Below, one piece after another: positions 18,369-31,027 of a stretch of DNA of 64,000 nt. Numbering within the stretch: position 1 is the stretch's first letter; each line of letters starts with the position of its first letter. Origin of the DNA: Gammaproteobacteria bacterium (GTDB lineage: Bacteria > Pseudomonadota > Gammaproteobacteria > RBG-16-57-12); assembly GCA_022712945.1 (NCBI GenBank), contig JAFLJP010000122.1:1853-65852 (forward strand). Direction: 5' to 3'. The notes below the pieces were generated by a model. That model searched no databases, had not been told where the DNA came from, and saw only the letters and a program-made list of their open reading frames with translations. Both the position numbers and the translations under genes were made by a program.

Positions 18369-18935
18369 ATGAAACGCTGTGACTGGGCAAATGCCAGCGC
18401 CAAAGAGATCGAATACCACGATAATGAATGGGCTGTTCCGGTGCATGATGACCGGCTACTGTTCGAGATGCTGATTTTGGAAGGCGCGCAATCGGGATTG
18501 AGCTGGAGCACCATTCTGCAAAAAAGGGCGGGTTATCTTAAAGCGTTCGATAATTTTGATGCTAAAAAAATCGCCCGCTACAGTGATGAAAAAGTGGCTG
18601 AACTGCTTGAAGATTCGGGGATTGTCCGGCATAAACTGAAGATAAAAGCCACCATTGAAAATGCAAAACAGTTCTTGGCGATACAGCATGAACACGGCTC
18701 TTTTGACCGCTATATCTGGTCATTTGTTGACGGAAAACCAATAAATAATGCCTGGCGAAACCTGTCAGAGGTGCCCGCTAGCACCCCCATTTCTGAAGCA
18801 ATGAGTAAAGACTTAAAGAAGAGGGGGTTCAAATTTATTGGCCCAACAACCTGTTACGCTTATATGCAGGCGGTTGGTATGGTGAATGATCACCTGACAT
18901 CCTGTTTTTGCTACTCTAAAGTGGCACAGTCGTAA
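18369..18935 (+). CDS. tag: DNA-3-methyladenine glycosylase I
   Basis: MKRCDWANASAKEIEYHDNEWAVPVHDD...GLSWSTIL, a close match to the Tag family; RBS aagggagaag before the ATG. Confidence 0.9.
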   Translation: MKRCDWANASAKEIEYHDNEWAVPVHDDRLLFEMLILEGAQSGLSWSTILQKRAGYLKAFDNFDAKKIARYSDEKVAELLEDSGIVRHKLKIKATIENAKQFLAIQHEHGSFDRYIWSFVDGKPINNAWRNLSEVPASTPISEAMSKDLKKRGFKFIGPTTCYAYMQAVGMVNDHLTSCFCYSKVAQS

Positions 18936-19065
18936 CCTGCCCTCACTGGGTTCAAGATCACTGGTGGATATGGCCTGATGACGTACAACGAGCCATTGGC
19001 ATGTTGAATCTTGTGCCGGTGTGAACTATTCGAGACTTATCATAAATAAAATAGGGTAATTTAAA

Positions 19066-19452
19066 ATGGCCAAAAGCACCGTCACCTATTGGAATGCGCT
19101 GCATAAAAGCAGTGAGCATAAGTGGGAGGTCATCGCAGATACGGATGGACTGCTGACACAGCTGACCTTGGCAATCGATAATGAAACCGGCGACTACACG
19201 CGCTTAACCCGCTTCAAGGCAGGTGCAAATACAGCTCATTTTGGTACAAAAAGTCATGAATATCCGGAAGAGATAATGATCATCAAAGGCCGACTTTATG
19301 ATCAGGCATTTGATCAATGGCTTGAAATGGGGGATTATGCAAGCCGCCCGCCCGGTGAACTACACGGGCCATTTAGAGCAGATGAAGAGTGCATAGTGCT
19401 CGAAATATCATATCCGAGTCAGTCATCTACTCATTCCCTAAGCCCGAGATAG
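19066..19452 (+). CDS. hypothetical protein, cupin-like
   Basis: Small beta-rich ORF with cupin-like spacing of H/E residues; weak. Confidence 0.4.
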   Translation: MAKSTVTYWNALHKSSEHKWEVIADTDGLLTQLTLAIDNETGDYTRLTRFKAGANTAHFGTKSHEYPEEIMIIKGRLYDQAFDQWLEMGDYASRPPGELHGPFRADEECIVLEISYPSQSSTHSLSPR

Positions 19453-19514
19453 AAATCAAGATGGTGTTGAGTATGGCGGTTTTGGCTACTACGCATTGCT
19501 GGGTTTAGCACAAT

Positions 19515-19569
19515 ATAGAGTGAACAAAAATCCGGCCTAATAACGGTATTTTAATTTCTTCTACATCCC
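19515..19569. repeat. partial family A element (right half only)
   Basis: atagagtgaacaaaaatccggcctaataacggtattttaatttcttctacatccc is nearly identical to 63863-63917. Confidence 0.55.
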
Positions 19570-19631
19570 ATAAGTCTAACGAATAAGGTTAGATCGCACG
19601 AAGCCGCGAACGTGAGCCGATTTGTGGTGGG

Positions 19632-20468
19632 TTACCCTTTCAGCAAGTGAAGAACACTATCCAGTCCGCCGTAGTTAATGGCGGTGGAGGCTTGGCTTTG
19701 TACCGCAGGTTTGGCGTGGTAGGCGACACTTAAACCCGCTACTTTCATCATCGCCAGATCATTGGCTCCATCACCGACCGAGATTGCCTGGCTGGGTGAA
19801 ATGCCGAGTTCTTTACAGTGTGACAGTAGTCGCTCTGCTTTGGCTTGTGCATCGACAATATTGCCGAGCAGTTCGCCGGTCACGCTGTTCTCTTCAATTT
19901 CCAGTTGGTTGGCGTGGGCATAGTCGAGTTTAAGGCGTTTTTTAAGGCGTTCGGTGAAGAAGGTAAAACCACCGGAGACCAGGCAGAATTTGATCTCTCT
20001 CTTTTTCAGCCCGTCAATCAGCTGTTCTGCCCCTGGATTGAGTTGCAGGCGTTCGTTGTAGACTAGCTCCAGCGCCGCTACGCTGACCCCTTTGAGCAGG
20101 GCGACACGTTGGGTCAGTGATGCGGCAAAATCAATCTCACCACACATGGCCGATTCAGTAATGGCGGCGACCTGTGGTTTGACATTCAGGTAGTCTGCAA
20201 TCTCATCAATACACTCGATGCTGATCAGTGTCGAATCCATATCGCTAACCAGTAGTTTTGCTTTGGTGGGATCAAAGTCTGCTGGCAGTGTGTTGATGTC
20301 AATGCGTAGTTGATCACTCAAACTCTGGATCTTCTGGCGGCTGACCGGCTGCTGATGGCAGATACGGTGGTAGCCATCACACGCCTCAAGCGTTGCAGCA
20401 AAGAGATCTTCAATGTTGATGTGTGCTGCTTTGTTGAACTTGGCAGCATGGATGATGGTTGTAAACAT
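19632..20468 (-). CDS. serB: phosphoserine phosphatase (HAD superfamily)
   Basis: HAD motif I DMDSTLI and motif IV GDGANDLAMMKVAGLSVAYHAKP characteristic of SerB. Confidence 0.75.
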   Translation of the reverse strand: MFTTIIHAAKFNKAAHINIEDLFAATLEACDGYHRICHQQPVSRQKIQSLSDQLRIDINTLPADFDPTKAKLLVSDMDSTLISIECIDEIADYLNVKPQVAAITESAMCGEIDFAASLTQRVALLKGVSVAALELVYNERLQLNPGAEQLIDGLKKREIKFCLVSGGFTFFTERLKKRLKLDYAHANQLEIEENSVTGELLGNIVDAQAKAERLLSHCKELGISPSQAISVGDGANDLAMMKVAGLSVAYHAKPAVQSQASTAINYGGLDSVLHLLKG

Positions 20469-20473
20469 GGGAT

Positions 20474-21730
20474 CTATTCCGGTAGTAAGGATTCACTTGC
20501 AAACAGTTCGGCGATGGTTTCACGCTTGCGAATAAGGTGGCTGGTTTTACCATCCACCATCACTTCAGCGGCCCGGGGGCGGGTGTTGTAATTTGAACTC
20601 ATGGAGAAACCGTAGGCACCCGATGAGCGAACCGCTAAATAGTCGCCGGTTTGTAGTGCTAAGTGACGCTCTTTGCCCAGGAAATCGCCGGTTTCGCAAA
20701 CCGGGCCGACGATGTCATATTGCTGTTTCTCCACTTTGGCGTGTTGCTTAAGCGGTACGATCTCTTGCCACGCCTGATAGAGTGATGGGCGCAGCAGGTC
20801 GTTCATGGCAGCATCAACAATGGCAAAGTTTTTATGTTCTGTGTGCTTAAGGTACTGCACCTGGGTGAGCATCACCCCAGCGTTTCCGACGATGGCGCGT
20901 CCGGGTTCAAGAACCAGCTCAATTTGCAGGCCCTGCTGCTGTAGTTTTTGTTTCAGTGCGGCGGCATATTCGTTGGGGTCGGGCGGTGTTTCGTTTTCAT
21001 ATTGAATACCGAGGCCGCCGCCCAGGTCGAGATGCTTGAGTTCAATGCCTTGCACTCTTAGCTCTTCGATGAGTATCAGTACTCGCTCCAGGGCATCAAT
21101 GAAGGGGGCGATGCTGGTGAGCTGAGAGCCGATGTGGCAATCAACCCCTTGGATTTCGATATTGGCCATCGCCGCCGCCTGTCGGTATATGTCAGGCGCT
21201 TGCTGAATATCAATGCCGAACTTGTTCTCCTTCAAACCGGTGGAGATGTAGGGGTGAGTACCGGCATCCACATCGGGGTTAACCCGTATTGAAATGGGGG
21301 CGATGCTATTTTGTTCACCTGCAATCTGGTTGAGCAACTCCAGTTCAGCAACAGATTCTACATTAAAGCAGCGAATGCCCACTTCCAGCGCCCGTTGCAT
21401 CTCATGTGCTTTTTTACCCACACCAGAGAAGACCACTTTTTTTGCATCACCACCGGCTGCCAGTACCCGTTCAAGTTCGCCCACCGATACGATGTCAAAA
21501 CCGGAGCCCAAGCGGGCAAACAGGTTCAGAATCGCCAGGTTGGAGTTGGCTTTGACGGCGTAGCAGATCAGGTGAGGCCACTCACCCAGGGCCTGGTCAA
21601 ATGCATGCCAGTGGCGCTCAAGCGTGGCGCGTGAATAGACGAAAGTGGGTGTGTCCCATTGCTGGGCAATGTCAGATAACGGTACATCTTCAGCAAACAG
21701 CTGTTCACCGTGGTATTCAAAGTGGTTCAT
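20474..21730 (-). CDS. lysA: diaminopimelate decarboxylase
   Basis: Full-length similarity to LysA; PLP-dependent decarboxylase fold motifs. Confidence 0.95.
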   Translation of the reverse strand: MNHFEYHGEQLFAEDVPLSDIAQQWDTPTFVYSRATLERHWHAFDQALGEWPHLICYAVKANSNLAILNLFARLGSGFDIVSVGELERVLAAGGDAKKVVFSGVGKKAHEMQRALEVGIRCFNVESVAELELLNQIAGEQNSIAPISIRVNPDVDAGTHPYISTGLKENKFGIDIQQAPDIYRQAAAMANIEIQGVDCHIGSQLTSIAPFIDALERVLILIEELRVQGIELKHLDLGGGLGIQYENETPPDPNEYAAALKQKLQQQGLQIELVLEPGRAIVGNAGVMLTQVQYLKHTEHKNFAIVDAAMNDLLRPSLYQAWQEIVPLKQHAKVEKQQYDIVGPVCETGDFLGKERHLALQTGDYLAVRSSGAYGFSMSSNYNTRPRAAEVMVDGKTSHLIRKRETIAELFASESLLPE

Positions 21731-21858
21731 GACGATCTCTGGTCAGGTTGGGTTGTGTGTGGTGGTGGTTCCGGTAGTTGTAAATCACCTTTTAGACCGC
21801 AGCCAGAGGTGTGGAGGATAAATGTTACCAGTAGTAGCTGTCTTATTAATTTTATCAT
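21727..21858 (-). CDS. small lipoprotein, YifL/LppL-like (44 aa; not in ORF track)
   Basis: Hand translation gives MIKLIRQLLLVTFILHTSGCGLKGDLQLPEPPPHTTQPDQRSS with lipobox TSGC and GCGLKG..PP, resembling E. coli YifL; its stop overlaps the lysA ATG (ATGA). My line reading and the ORF track disagree by 1 nt here, so coordinates are +/-1. Confidence 0.55.
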   Translation of the reverse strand: MIKLIRQLLLVTFILHTSGCGLKGDLQLPEPPPHTTQPDQRSS

Positions 21859-21944
21859 TACATCTAATCTGGTTCGGATAATTTACGAAATATTCGGCTC
21901 AGTATAAACGAGAAAGTGTTGTTGTGGATCACCACGGTGTCGAT

Positions 21945-24770
21945 TTATTTCGATGGAGTCGCTTTGAGTTGCTGTTCAAGCACTTTGTTGAGTTGTGCTT
22001 CAATACGCTTTTTATAGTTGAGGTAGTGTACGGTCTGTATTGTACCACCGGCTTCAACGCCGAGGGTACTCTCCGGCAGGTCAATATCGGTGATGTAGAT
22101 GGGGTAGTGTGCACTGCTTTTTCGCTGGGAGAGAATATGTTTGGCGACGGCTTCAAATACCTGATGGCCGTGTTCAAATGAGGAGAACTCTTTGTCATTA
22201 CAGTAGACCGTGACATGGTCACTCTCTTCAACGCTTTCGCCAATGACCTGTACATTGTAATACTGGTTTGGCAGGGGGAAGTGTATCTGGCGGCTTTCAA
22301 TGCTTAACTGGCCCTTTTGAGATACCAGTATCTGGTAGCACATGACGCTGTTCTTCTCTTCAGCGCTGCTGTTTCGCCTAGTTGCTTGTCGCTTGACGAT
22401 GGCGTTGAGGAAGGTGTGGTAGTGTTGCAGTATCAATTTGGGTTCAATGAGTGGCAGAGTGTGGGTAAACAGAGAGCCTCTTTCATCGATGACAAAAATA
22501 TCCAGTTCGTTGCCTTTGGGGTGAAAATAGAACTGAATAATATGGGGTTGTGCATTGCCATAGATCAGCTTTAACAGCGGCTGCCGCTCTTGGGTGTCGA
22601 GGGTTAATGCGCTGTAGTGAGTGCGTGGTGAATAGAGCTCTTCCAGCAATTGAGAGCCACCTTTGAAAATACGGTGGCGTATCACGCCACCCTCTTCAGA
22701 GAGCATCGCAAACCCTTTGCGCAGAGGATAGAGGTAGCGCAGCTGTTGCTTCCTGTTTTGTGGATGATAGAAGGCCTGCTTGGAGGCTTTGAAGAGCTGC
22801 TCGACCCGTTGGGTGATTTTTTGATGGTAACTGGATGAGAAGCAATAGACGTTTGGCTGAGGTGGCGGAATATTCTCTTCCAGAGGTGACCACTGCAGGT
22901 AGTGGGTTAAGCAGTCGAGAACACCCCGGTCACCTTCGTAGTGAAAGATAAGCGCCTCTTGCCAGGAGGTGATAAAGACCGCGCTGATTGATTGCACTAG
23001 GCTCTCTCCCAGGCTGCTGTAACTGAAGGCGTCATCCTGATCGGTAATCAGGTGCCCCAGGCGGCTTATTTTTATCGGATTGCCAACACCCACATTAACA
23101 AACAGCAAGACGTTGAGCAGTCTGGATTTGGCAGAAAAGTCATCAATATTAGCGTGTGGTAGATCGCCTTCGGGGAAGTGTTGCTCAAGTGTTTCAATGA
23201 TGGCGCTGATTTCCCGATCAGAGAGTGGGTTCTCTTCGCCTTTAATGACAAACGAGGTGCGTTTGCTGATGAGTCTGTTGAAATAGCCCCAGCAGAGAAG
23301 CTCTAAAGCAGACGAGGCCCGTTTTAATGGCCGGTTATCACTGTCATCAATATGCAGTCCGTTGCCACGGAACATGAACCAGGAGGAGGTTTGGTTTGCG
23401 CTGGATTTCTGTTGCGATAAGCCGATTAGTGGCTCATGCAGGTTGGTGGTGAATCCGTTAACTAAAATTTCAAGTTTGCCGGCTTTTCGTTCAAAAGCAG
23501 CGTAGAGTTTACGGCCCAAAATATGCAGATCCCGCTTGCTGATCATGGTTCCTTTATTGGCGCGGGCAAATTCAGATAGCTCAAAATAGCTTTGATTAAG
23601 CTCTTTGACCAAAATCTTTTTTTCTCTGCTGATGGTGTCTATTTTCCAGGTGTTTCGGTTGTCATAAGTTCGTAAGTCATCTATCTCCCAGCCCCAGTCA
23701 CGGGTCATCTGCAGTAATAGATCCTGCTGCCAGTTATCACCTTTCTGATAGCGCATTTTGGAGAGCGGCATGTTGATTTTGAAGTAGAGACAGCGGTGGA
23801 CCAGCTCAAGCCGTTGTTGATCATTTTTCCTCTGGAGATAGCTGATTAGTTTGTTTGCCAGCATGATGTAGGGATCAACCTCATTGAGATCAAAGTTTTC
23901 ATCATACTCTTCGTAGATTGCCTGCTTGAACATCAAGCTGAGGAAGTTGATGTTGGGGTATTCGTGGGCGTAGATCTCCATCAACAATATTTTTAACAGT
24001 GACTTGTAGGGTGAGTCGACCCCTTTGTAGATCTGCCAGACGGCGGCACCAAAAAACTCTTCCGCAGGCATATTGCCGAGGCCACCGAAGTCGATGTACT
24101 CCCCCGCATCAACAAAGCGTTTCCTGAGCAGGTTGTCGGTATATTGTTCATAATTCCCCTCTTCAGCGGGTGGAACCAGCCACCACAGGGGATAATTGCC
24201 CGCAAGCCAGAGGGCGGTGCGGTAGAATTCATCAAGCAGCAGGTCGTGCTGGGCGGTGCCGCTACTCTCCGTGCTGAGGTCGAGCACCTCTCCACGCTTG
24301 AAGCGCTCGGCATTCATCAAAAAGAAATGAACCTCGATATTGTAACTATCTGCCCACACTTCAATTTGTGTGCTTTTTTCCCGCAGTTCAGCCAGCTGTT
24401 GATCACCGAGACCGGGAGCGTGACAGAGCCAGACATCGAAGTCACTCTTGTTGGATTGGGCAATGGTGCCGCTGCTACCAATCAGAAAGAGTGACTGAAT
24501 ATCATAGTCGCGGTAGATGCTGCGATGGTATTGGAATTTTTTAAACAGATGCCGAGCGGCAAGAATCGCTGGCCCCTCTTTCAGGTAGTTTGAGATGCCG
24601 GAAGGGGTTTCCTCAGAAATATAGCCGGGCAGGCCGGGGTGGTTAACATGAAAGAGTAGCGGTAAAACATCAATGACTTCTTGTTGCACCGGGCGCAGTG
24701 CAGCACGTGCACGCGAAAAACGCGCCTGATTGAGGTGGAGAAATCGCTTTAGTATCGCTTTTACATCCAT
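21945..24770 (-). CDS. cyaA: class I adenylate cyclase
   Basis: Extended identity to E. coli CyaA catalytic region (FDVWLCH..., QHDLLLDEFYRTALWLAG, FGAAVWQIYKGVDSPYKSLLKILLMEIYAHEYPN). Confidence 0.95.
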   Translation of the reverse strand: MDVKAILKRFLHLNQARFSRARAALRPVQQEVIDVLPLLFHVNHPGLPGYISEETPSGISNYLKEGPAILAARHLFKKFQYHRSIYRDYDIQSLFLIGSSGTIAQSNKSDFDVWLCHAPGLGDQQLAELREKSTQIEVWADSYNIEVHFFLMNAERFKRGEVLDLSTESSGTAQHDLLLDEFYRTALWLAGNYPLWWLVPPAEEGNYEQYTDNLLRKRFVDAGEYIDFGGLGNMPAEEFFGAAVWQIYKGVDSPYKSLLKILLMEIYAHEYPNINFLSLMFKQAIYEEYDENFDLNEVDPYIMLANKLISYLQRKNDQQRLELVHRCLYFKINMPLSKMRYQKGDNWQQDLLLQMTRDWGWEIDDLRTYDNRNTWKIDTISREKKILVKELNQSYFELSEFARANKGTMISKRDLHILGRKLYAAFERKAGKLEILVNGFTTNLHEPLIGLSQQKSSANQTSSWFMFRGNGLHIDDSDNRPLKRASSALELLCWGYFNRLISKRTSFVIKGEENPLSDREISAIIETLEQHFPEGDLPHANIDDFSAKSRLLNVLLFVNVGVGNPIKISRLGHLITDQDDAFSYSSLGESLVQSISAVFITSWQEALIFHYEGDRGVLDCLTHYLQWSPLEENIPPPQPNVYCFSSSYHQKITQRVEQLFKASKQAFYHPQNRKQQLRYLYPLRKGFAMLSEEGGVIRHRIFKGGSQLLEELYSPRTHYSALTLDTQERQPLLKLIYGNAQPHIIQFYFHPKGNELDIFVIDERGSLFTHTLPLIEPKLILQHYHTFLNAIVKRQATRRNSSAEEKNSVMCYQILVSQKGQLSIESRQIHFPLPNQYYNVQVIGESVEESDHVTVYCNDKEFSSFEHGHQVFEAVAKHILSQRKSSAHYPIYITDIDLPESTLGVEAGGTIQTVHYLNYKKRIEAQLNKVLEQQLKATPSK

Positions 24771-24847
24771 GGCGCGTGCGGCATCTTGTTATCAAATTGA
24801 GAGGATATAGGAGATATTCGGCAGATTCTGGATAACTTGATGTACTA

Positions 24848-24927
24848 GTAGGAGTCAGCTTTAGCTTGCGATAACACCTTGTGGTGGTACCACGATAGTT
24901 GTTTCGCCATCTAAAGATGGCTCCTAC
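24848..24927. repeat. family C 80-bp element, inverted copy
   Basis: Reverse complement aligns to 11920-11999 with the same 9-bp TIRs and internal hairpins. Confidence 0.6.
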
Positions 24928-24942
24928 GTACATAGTCGGTTT

Positions 24943-26775
24943 TTACTCCACGGTTACCGATTTTGCCAGGTTGCGTGGTTGATCCACATCGGTGCCTTTC
25001 AATATCGCCACATGGTATGAAAAGAGTTGCAGTGGAATTGAATAGATAATGGGCGCAATCACTTCATCGATAGGTGATACCGATAGCACCTCTATTCCGT
25101 CACCCGCCACTATGTCGGCATGTTGGTCGGCAAATACATAGAGCTTTCCACCTCGCGCTTTGACCTCTTGCAGGTTCGACTTTAATTTGCCGAGCAGTTC
25201 ATTATTGGGGGCAACGGCGACGATGGGCATTTCGTCGTCTACCAGCGCCAGTGGGCCATGTTTTAGCTCACCGGCAGGGTAGGCTTCTGCGTGAATATAG
25301 GAGATCTCTTTCAGCTTGAGTGCGCCCTCCATCGCAATCGGGTAATGGGTGCCACGGCCCAGGAACAGCGCATGATGTTTATCTGCGAAGCTTTCTGCCA
25401 TCGTTTTGATCTCATCATCAAGTTTCAAGACATCTTCCACTTTTCGTGGCAATGTTTTTAACTCTTCAACCAGCTCTGCTTCACGCTGCTCACTCAGGCC
25501 ATTACGTCGGCCCAACGACATCACTAACATCAGCAGCGCGGTGAGCTGGGTGGTGAACGCTTTGGTGGATGCGACGCCAATTTCGGGGCCGGCCCGAGTC
25601 ATCATCACCAGGTCGGATTCACGTACCAGCGAGCTTTCAGGGACATTGCAGATAGCCAGTGCGTATTTATAGCCCATCTTTTTTGCTTCGTGCAGTGCGG
25701 CGAGGGTGTCTGCGGTCTCTCCAGACTGGGAGATGGTGACAAATAGTGAGTTTTTGTGTGCCAGTGGGCGGCGGTAGCGAAATTCACTGGCCACTTCGAC
25801 GTTGCAGGGTACCTTGGCAATCGCCTCCATCCAGTAGCGCGCAACAACACCTGCGTGGTAACTGGTTCCACAGGCGATAATGTCGACCCCTTTGATTTCA
25901 TCAAATATTTTGGCTGCATTGGGGCCGAATGATTCATCAATAACCCGATGGTCACTGATACGGCCTTCGAGGGTGTCATTGATCGCCCGTGGCTGTTCAA
26001 AGATCTCTTTCAGCATGTAGTGGCGGTACTCGCCCCGCTCTACCGCATCTGCACTGAGTTCACTCTCTTTAATAGGGCGGGTAACCTCTTCACCGCTCTG
26101 ATCATAAATAGTGAGCGTATTTTTTGTGATATCAGCAATATCACCCTCTTGCAGAAAGATAAAGCGCTGTGTCACCGGAAGCAGGGCGGCGACATCTGAG
26201 GCGATAAAATATTCACCAATACCGACACCAATCACCAGCGGACTACCACTGCGTGCGGTGATTAATCGCCCGGGCTCTTCAGCACTGATCACACCCAGAG
26301 CATAGGCTCCGTGCAGCTCAGCTGTGGCCAACCTGACCGATGCCAGCAGAGACTGTTTTTCTGCTATATGGTGCTGGAAAATTTGATGAACAATGACTTC
26401 GGTATCTGTTTCAGAGGTGAATTCGTAACCGCTTTGGTGCTGTTTTTCCCGCAGCTCTTCAAAGTTTTCAATGATGCCATTGTGGACAACCGCTACTTGA
26501 TTTCGACAGACGTGCGGGTGAGCATTTTTGACACTGGGCTCACCGTGGGTTGCCCAGCGGGTGTGTGCGATACCGACATGACCATGAAATGTTTCTGATA
26601 TCTCACTTTCAAGGCCGGCAACTTTGCCCTTAACTCGAATACGTTTGATGCTATTGTCATCAGCCAGTAATGCCACACCGGCAGAGTCGTAACCCCGGTA
26701 TTCCAATCGGCGTAAACCTTCAACTAAAATATGCGTTACATCACGCTCTGCAACCGCCCCAACAATTCCACACAT
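24943..26775 (-). CDS. glmS: glutamine--fructose-6-phosphate aminotransferase
   Basis: MCGIVGAV N-terminal nucleophile and two SIS domains. Confidence 0.97.
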   Translation of the reverse strand: MCGIVGAVAERDVTHILVEGLRRLEYRGYDSAGVALLADDNSIKRIRVKGKVAGLESEISETFHGHVGIAHTRWATHGEPSVKNAHPHVCRNQVAVVHNGIIENFEELREKQHQSGYEFTSETDTEVIVHQIFQHHIAEKQSLLASVRLATAELHGAYALGVISAEEPGRLITARSGSPLVIGVGIGEYFIASDVAALLPVTQRFIFLQEGDIADITKNTLTIYDQSGEEVTRPIKESELSADAVERGEYRHYMLKEIFEQPRAINDTLEGRISDHRVIDESFGPNAAKIFDEIKGVDIIACGTSYHAGVVARYWMEAIAKVPCNVEVASEFRYRRPLAHKNSLFVTISQSGETADTLAALHEAKKMGYKYALAICNVPESSLVRESDLVMMTRAGPEIGVASTKAFTTQLTALLMLVMSLGRRNGLSEQREAELVEELKTLPRKVEDVLKLDDEIKTMAESFADKHHALFLGRGTHYPIAMEGALKLKEISYIHAEAYPAGELKHGPLALVDDEMPIVAVAPNNELLGKLKSNLQEVKARGGKLYVFADQHADIVAGDGIEVLSVSPIDEVIAPIIYSIPLQLFSYHVAILKGTDVDQPRNLAKSVTVE

Positions 26776-26784
26776 AATACTCTC

Positions 26785-28164
26785 CTACGACGATTTCTTT
26801 TTTGGGCGTGACCAGCCAGGTACGCTCTTTTGGCGCAAACGACTTAAGGTTAGTGTATTTTTTGGTGCCGTATGACTCAGCGTGGTGCCGGCACCAATGG
26901 TTGCGCCATCTTCCACGGTAACAGGGGCAATTAGCTGGCTATCGGAACCCACAAAGACATCGTCACCAATAATAGTCTGATGTTTATTTATGCCGTCATA
27001 ATTACAGGTGATGGTACCGGCACCAATATTGACATTCTTGCCCATGGAGGTGTCACCAATGTAACTTAAGTGACTGACTTTCGAGCCAGCACCAATTGTC
27101 GATTTTTTCACTTCAACAAAGTTGCCAACCTTGGCATTTTCTTTTAATACTGTTTCAGGGCGGAGGCGGGCAAAAGGCCCGACCATCGCGCCGTTACCCA
27201 CCTGGCTCTGTTCAATAATTGAGTTGGGCATGACGGTGACACCATCGGCAAGGATGCTGTCACGAATGATGCAGTTTGCACCGATGTTGATGTTGCTGCC
27301 CAGTTTAACATCACCTTCAAACAGGCAGTTGATGTCGATCACCACGTCCATTCCCGCTGTCAAGTTGCCACGGATATCAATACGAGCAGGGTCCCGCAAG
27401 GTCACACCATCAATCATCAATTGATTGGCTTTTCGCTGTTGCAAATAGCGTTCAAGCTCTGCCAGTTGTACCCGGTTATTTGCCCCCAGTGTCTCATCGA
27501 TGGAGGTGGGCTGGACGGTATTAATCACCACGCCATCGTTGGCCGCCATGGCGATAATATCGGTAAGATAAAATTCACCCTGTGCATTATCACTATCCAA
27601 TGCGTTAATCCAGTGGCGTAATTTGCTGGAATCCGCCGCTAACATGCCGGTGTTAACTTCATTGGTTTTCAGCTCTTCAGTATTACCATCTTTCTGTTCG
27701 ACGATACGCTTAACAACACCATCTCCATCACGAATAATACGCCCATAACCGGTGGGATTATCAAGCTTTGCTGTCAAGAGACCAAAGCCGCTTTCAACTG
27801 CACTATCTACTAAGCTTTTAAGTGTTTCTACTCGCACTAGAGGTACATCGCCGTACAGTACTAAAACCAGTGTACCCTCTTCGATAGAGGGCATTGCCGC
27901 TTCAACCGCATGGCCGGTACCATTTTGCTGTTGTTGCAAAACCCAGTTGGCATCAAGGTGAGATAGCATTGATTTAACCTGCTCACCACCGTGTCCATAT
28001 ACAATGTGTATTGTATCAGCACCCAGCTCTTTCGCTCTATCGTAACTGTGCTCAAGCATCGATCGATCACCAACCGTATGTAGAACCTTCGGCATACTGG
28101 ACTTCATCCGTGTGCCTTGGCCTGCTGCCAGGATTACCACAATAAGTTTCTGCATACTCTTCAC
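26785..28164 (-). CDS. glmU: bifunctional UDP-N-acetylglucosamine pyrophosphorylase / glucosamine-1-phosphate N-acetyltransferase
   Basis: LAAGQGTRMKS uridylyltransferase motif and left-handed beta-helix hexapeptide repeats. Confidence 0.97.
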   Translation of the reverse strand: MKSMQKLIVVILAAGQGTRMKSSMPKVLHTVGDRSMLEHSYDRAKELGADTIHIVYGHGGEQVKSMLSHLDANWVLQQQQNGTGHAVEAAMPSIEEGTLVLVLYGDVPLVRVETLKSLVDSAVESGFGLLTAKLDNPTGYGRIIRDGDGVVKRIVEQKDGNTEELKTNEVNTGMLAADSSKLRHWINALDSDNAQGEFYLTDIIAMAANDGVVINTVQPTSIDETLGANNRVQLAELERYLQQRKANQLMIDGVTLRDPARIDIRGNLTAGMDVVIDINCLFEGDVKLGSNINIGANCIIRDSILADGVTVMPNSIIEQSQVGNGAMVGPFARLRPETVLKENAKVGNFVEVKKSTIGAGSKVSHLSYIGDTSMGKNVNIGAGTITCNYDGINKHQTIIGDDVFVGSDSQLIAPVTVEDGATIGAGTTLSHTAPKNTLTLSRLRQKSVPGWSRPKKKSS

Positions 28165-28212
28165 CTTCTATAAGCCCTCTGCAGTTTAACAAGAAAACAT
28201 TTATTGCTCACA

Positions 28213-28240
28213 TAAAAAAAGGGCAGTGTAGACACTGCCC
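28213..28240 (-). terminator. rho-independent terminator after atpC
   Basis: GGGCAGTGT-aga-ACACTGCCC 9-bp stem, followed on the minus strand by a 7-nt T run. Confidence 0.65.
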
Positions 28241-28267
28241 TTTCAGGAATCGAAAAGAGTCTTTCGA

Positions 28268-28690
28268 TTAATGACCGGTTTTATCGCGAATTTTCTGAAT
28301 CGCTTTAAGTTGGGCCATCGCTTCTGCCAGTTGGCTCTGAGCTTTCGTGTAATCGATTCCACCTTTACGATCTGTCATTGCCTCTTCTGCAAGTTGCTTC
28401 GCTTCAAGGGCAGCGGCTTCGTCGATGTCCTTGGCGCGTAGCGCGGTATCTGCCAACACAGTCACACAGTGTGGCTGTATTTCCAGAATCCCACTTGAGA
28501 CGTAAAAGGTCTCTTCACCCTCACTGGTTTGAATGCGAACTTCACCAGGACGCATTTGAGTCAGTAGTGGTGCGTGACGCGGAAGAATACCAACATCGCC
28601 GTTGACTGAAGGGGCAAACACCATTTCAGCGGTACCGGAAAAGATCTGTTGTTCTGCGCTCACGATATCTACGTGCATTGTCATGGCCAT
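28268..28690 (-). CDS. atpC: F1 ATP synthase epsilon subunit
   Basis: Family similarity and position after atpD. Confidence 0.95.
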   Translation of the reverse strand: MAMTMHVDIVSAEQQIFSGTAEMVFAPSVNGDVGILPRHAPLLTQMRPGEVRIQTSEGEETFYVSSGILEIQPHCVTVLADTALRAKDIDEAAALEAKQLAEEAMTDRKGGIDYTKAQSQLAEAMAQLKAIQKIRDKTGH

Positions 28691-28718
28691 ATAGTCCTCC
28701 TAGGAGTCGTTGACTGAA

Positions 28719-30110
<1,392 letters not shown>

Positions 30111-30144
30111 TTAAATTATTTACGTAATCGTTGCTCAGCCACGG

Positions 30145-31011
30145 TTAAACTGCTGCGGCACCTGCCACAATCTCAGAAATTTCCTGGGTAATCGCAGCCT
30201 GACGGGCTTTGTTGTAAATAAGCTTCAAATCATCAATCATCTCGCCTGCATTATCTGTTGCAGACTTCATTGAAACCATTCGTGCTGCCTGTTCACAAGC
30301 GGCATTTTCTACAACGCCCTGATACACCAGTGACTCGACATAGCGAACTAGAAGGTCTTCCAAAACAACCTTGGCTTCTGGCTCGTACATGTAATCCCAT
30401 CGGTGTGTCATCTCTTCGTTAATCTCTTCTGAAGAGACGGGCAACAGTTGTAAAACCTGTGGATCCTGCGTCATGGTATTAACAAAGCTGTTATGTACCA
30501 CAAACAGACGATCAAGCTCTCCACTGTCATAAGCATCAAGCATCACCTTCACCGCGCCGACAATATCGGTAATGTGCGGCGTATCACCCAAATGCGATAC
30601 TTGAGAGGTAATGTTTGCTCCAATGCCTTGGAAGAACGAACAAGCTTTTTGACCAATAATGCCGAGACGAACTTCAGCGCCTTTCTCTTCCCATGCCTGC
30701 ATATCCTTAAGTACTTTGCGGAACAGGTTACTGTTCAAGCCGCCGCAGAGACCACGGTCGCTTGATACAATGATGAAACCGACTCGTTTCACCTGTTCAC
30801 GATCCTCAAGATAAGGATGCTTGTACTCAGGGTGTGCATGCGCCAGGTGTGAAATCACCTGACGCATTTTATCGGCGTAGGGGCGAGATGCCGTCATACG
30901 ATCTTGAGCTTTACGCATTTTACTCGCGGCCACCATTTCCATGGCACGAGTAATTTTCTTGGTATTTTCAATGCTCTTGATCTGCGTGCGTATCTCTTTT
31001 CCGACTGCCAT
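30145..31011 (-). CDS. atpG: F1 ATP synthase gamma subunit
   Basis: Family similarity, operon position. Confidence 0.97.
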   Translation of the reverse strand: MAVGKEIRTQIKSIENTKKITRAMEMVAASKMRKAQDRMTASRPYADKMRQVISHLAHAHPEYKHPYLEDREQVKRVGFIIVSSDRGLCGGLNSNLFRKVLKDMQAWEEKGAEVRLGIIGQKACSFFQGIGANITSQVSHLGDTPHITDIVGAVKVMLDAYDSGELDRLFVVHNSFVNTMTQDPQVLQLLPVSSEEINEEMTHRWDYMYEPEAKVVLEDLLVRYVESLVYQGVVENAACEQAARMVSMKSATDNAGEMIDDLKLIYNKARQAAITQEISEIVAGAAAV

Positions 31012-31027
31012 CGTTATCTACTCCCGA

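Noticed and set aside
24670-24933. 87-aa minus-strand ORF
   Set aside because: Same repeat-derived artefact as above, and it overlaps the cyaA start region.
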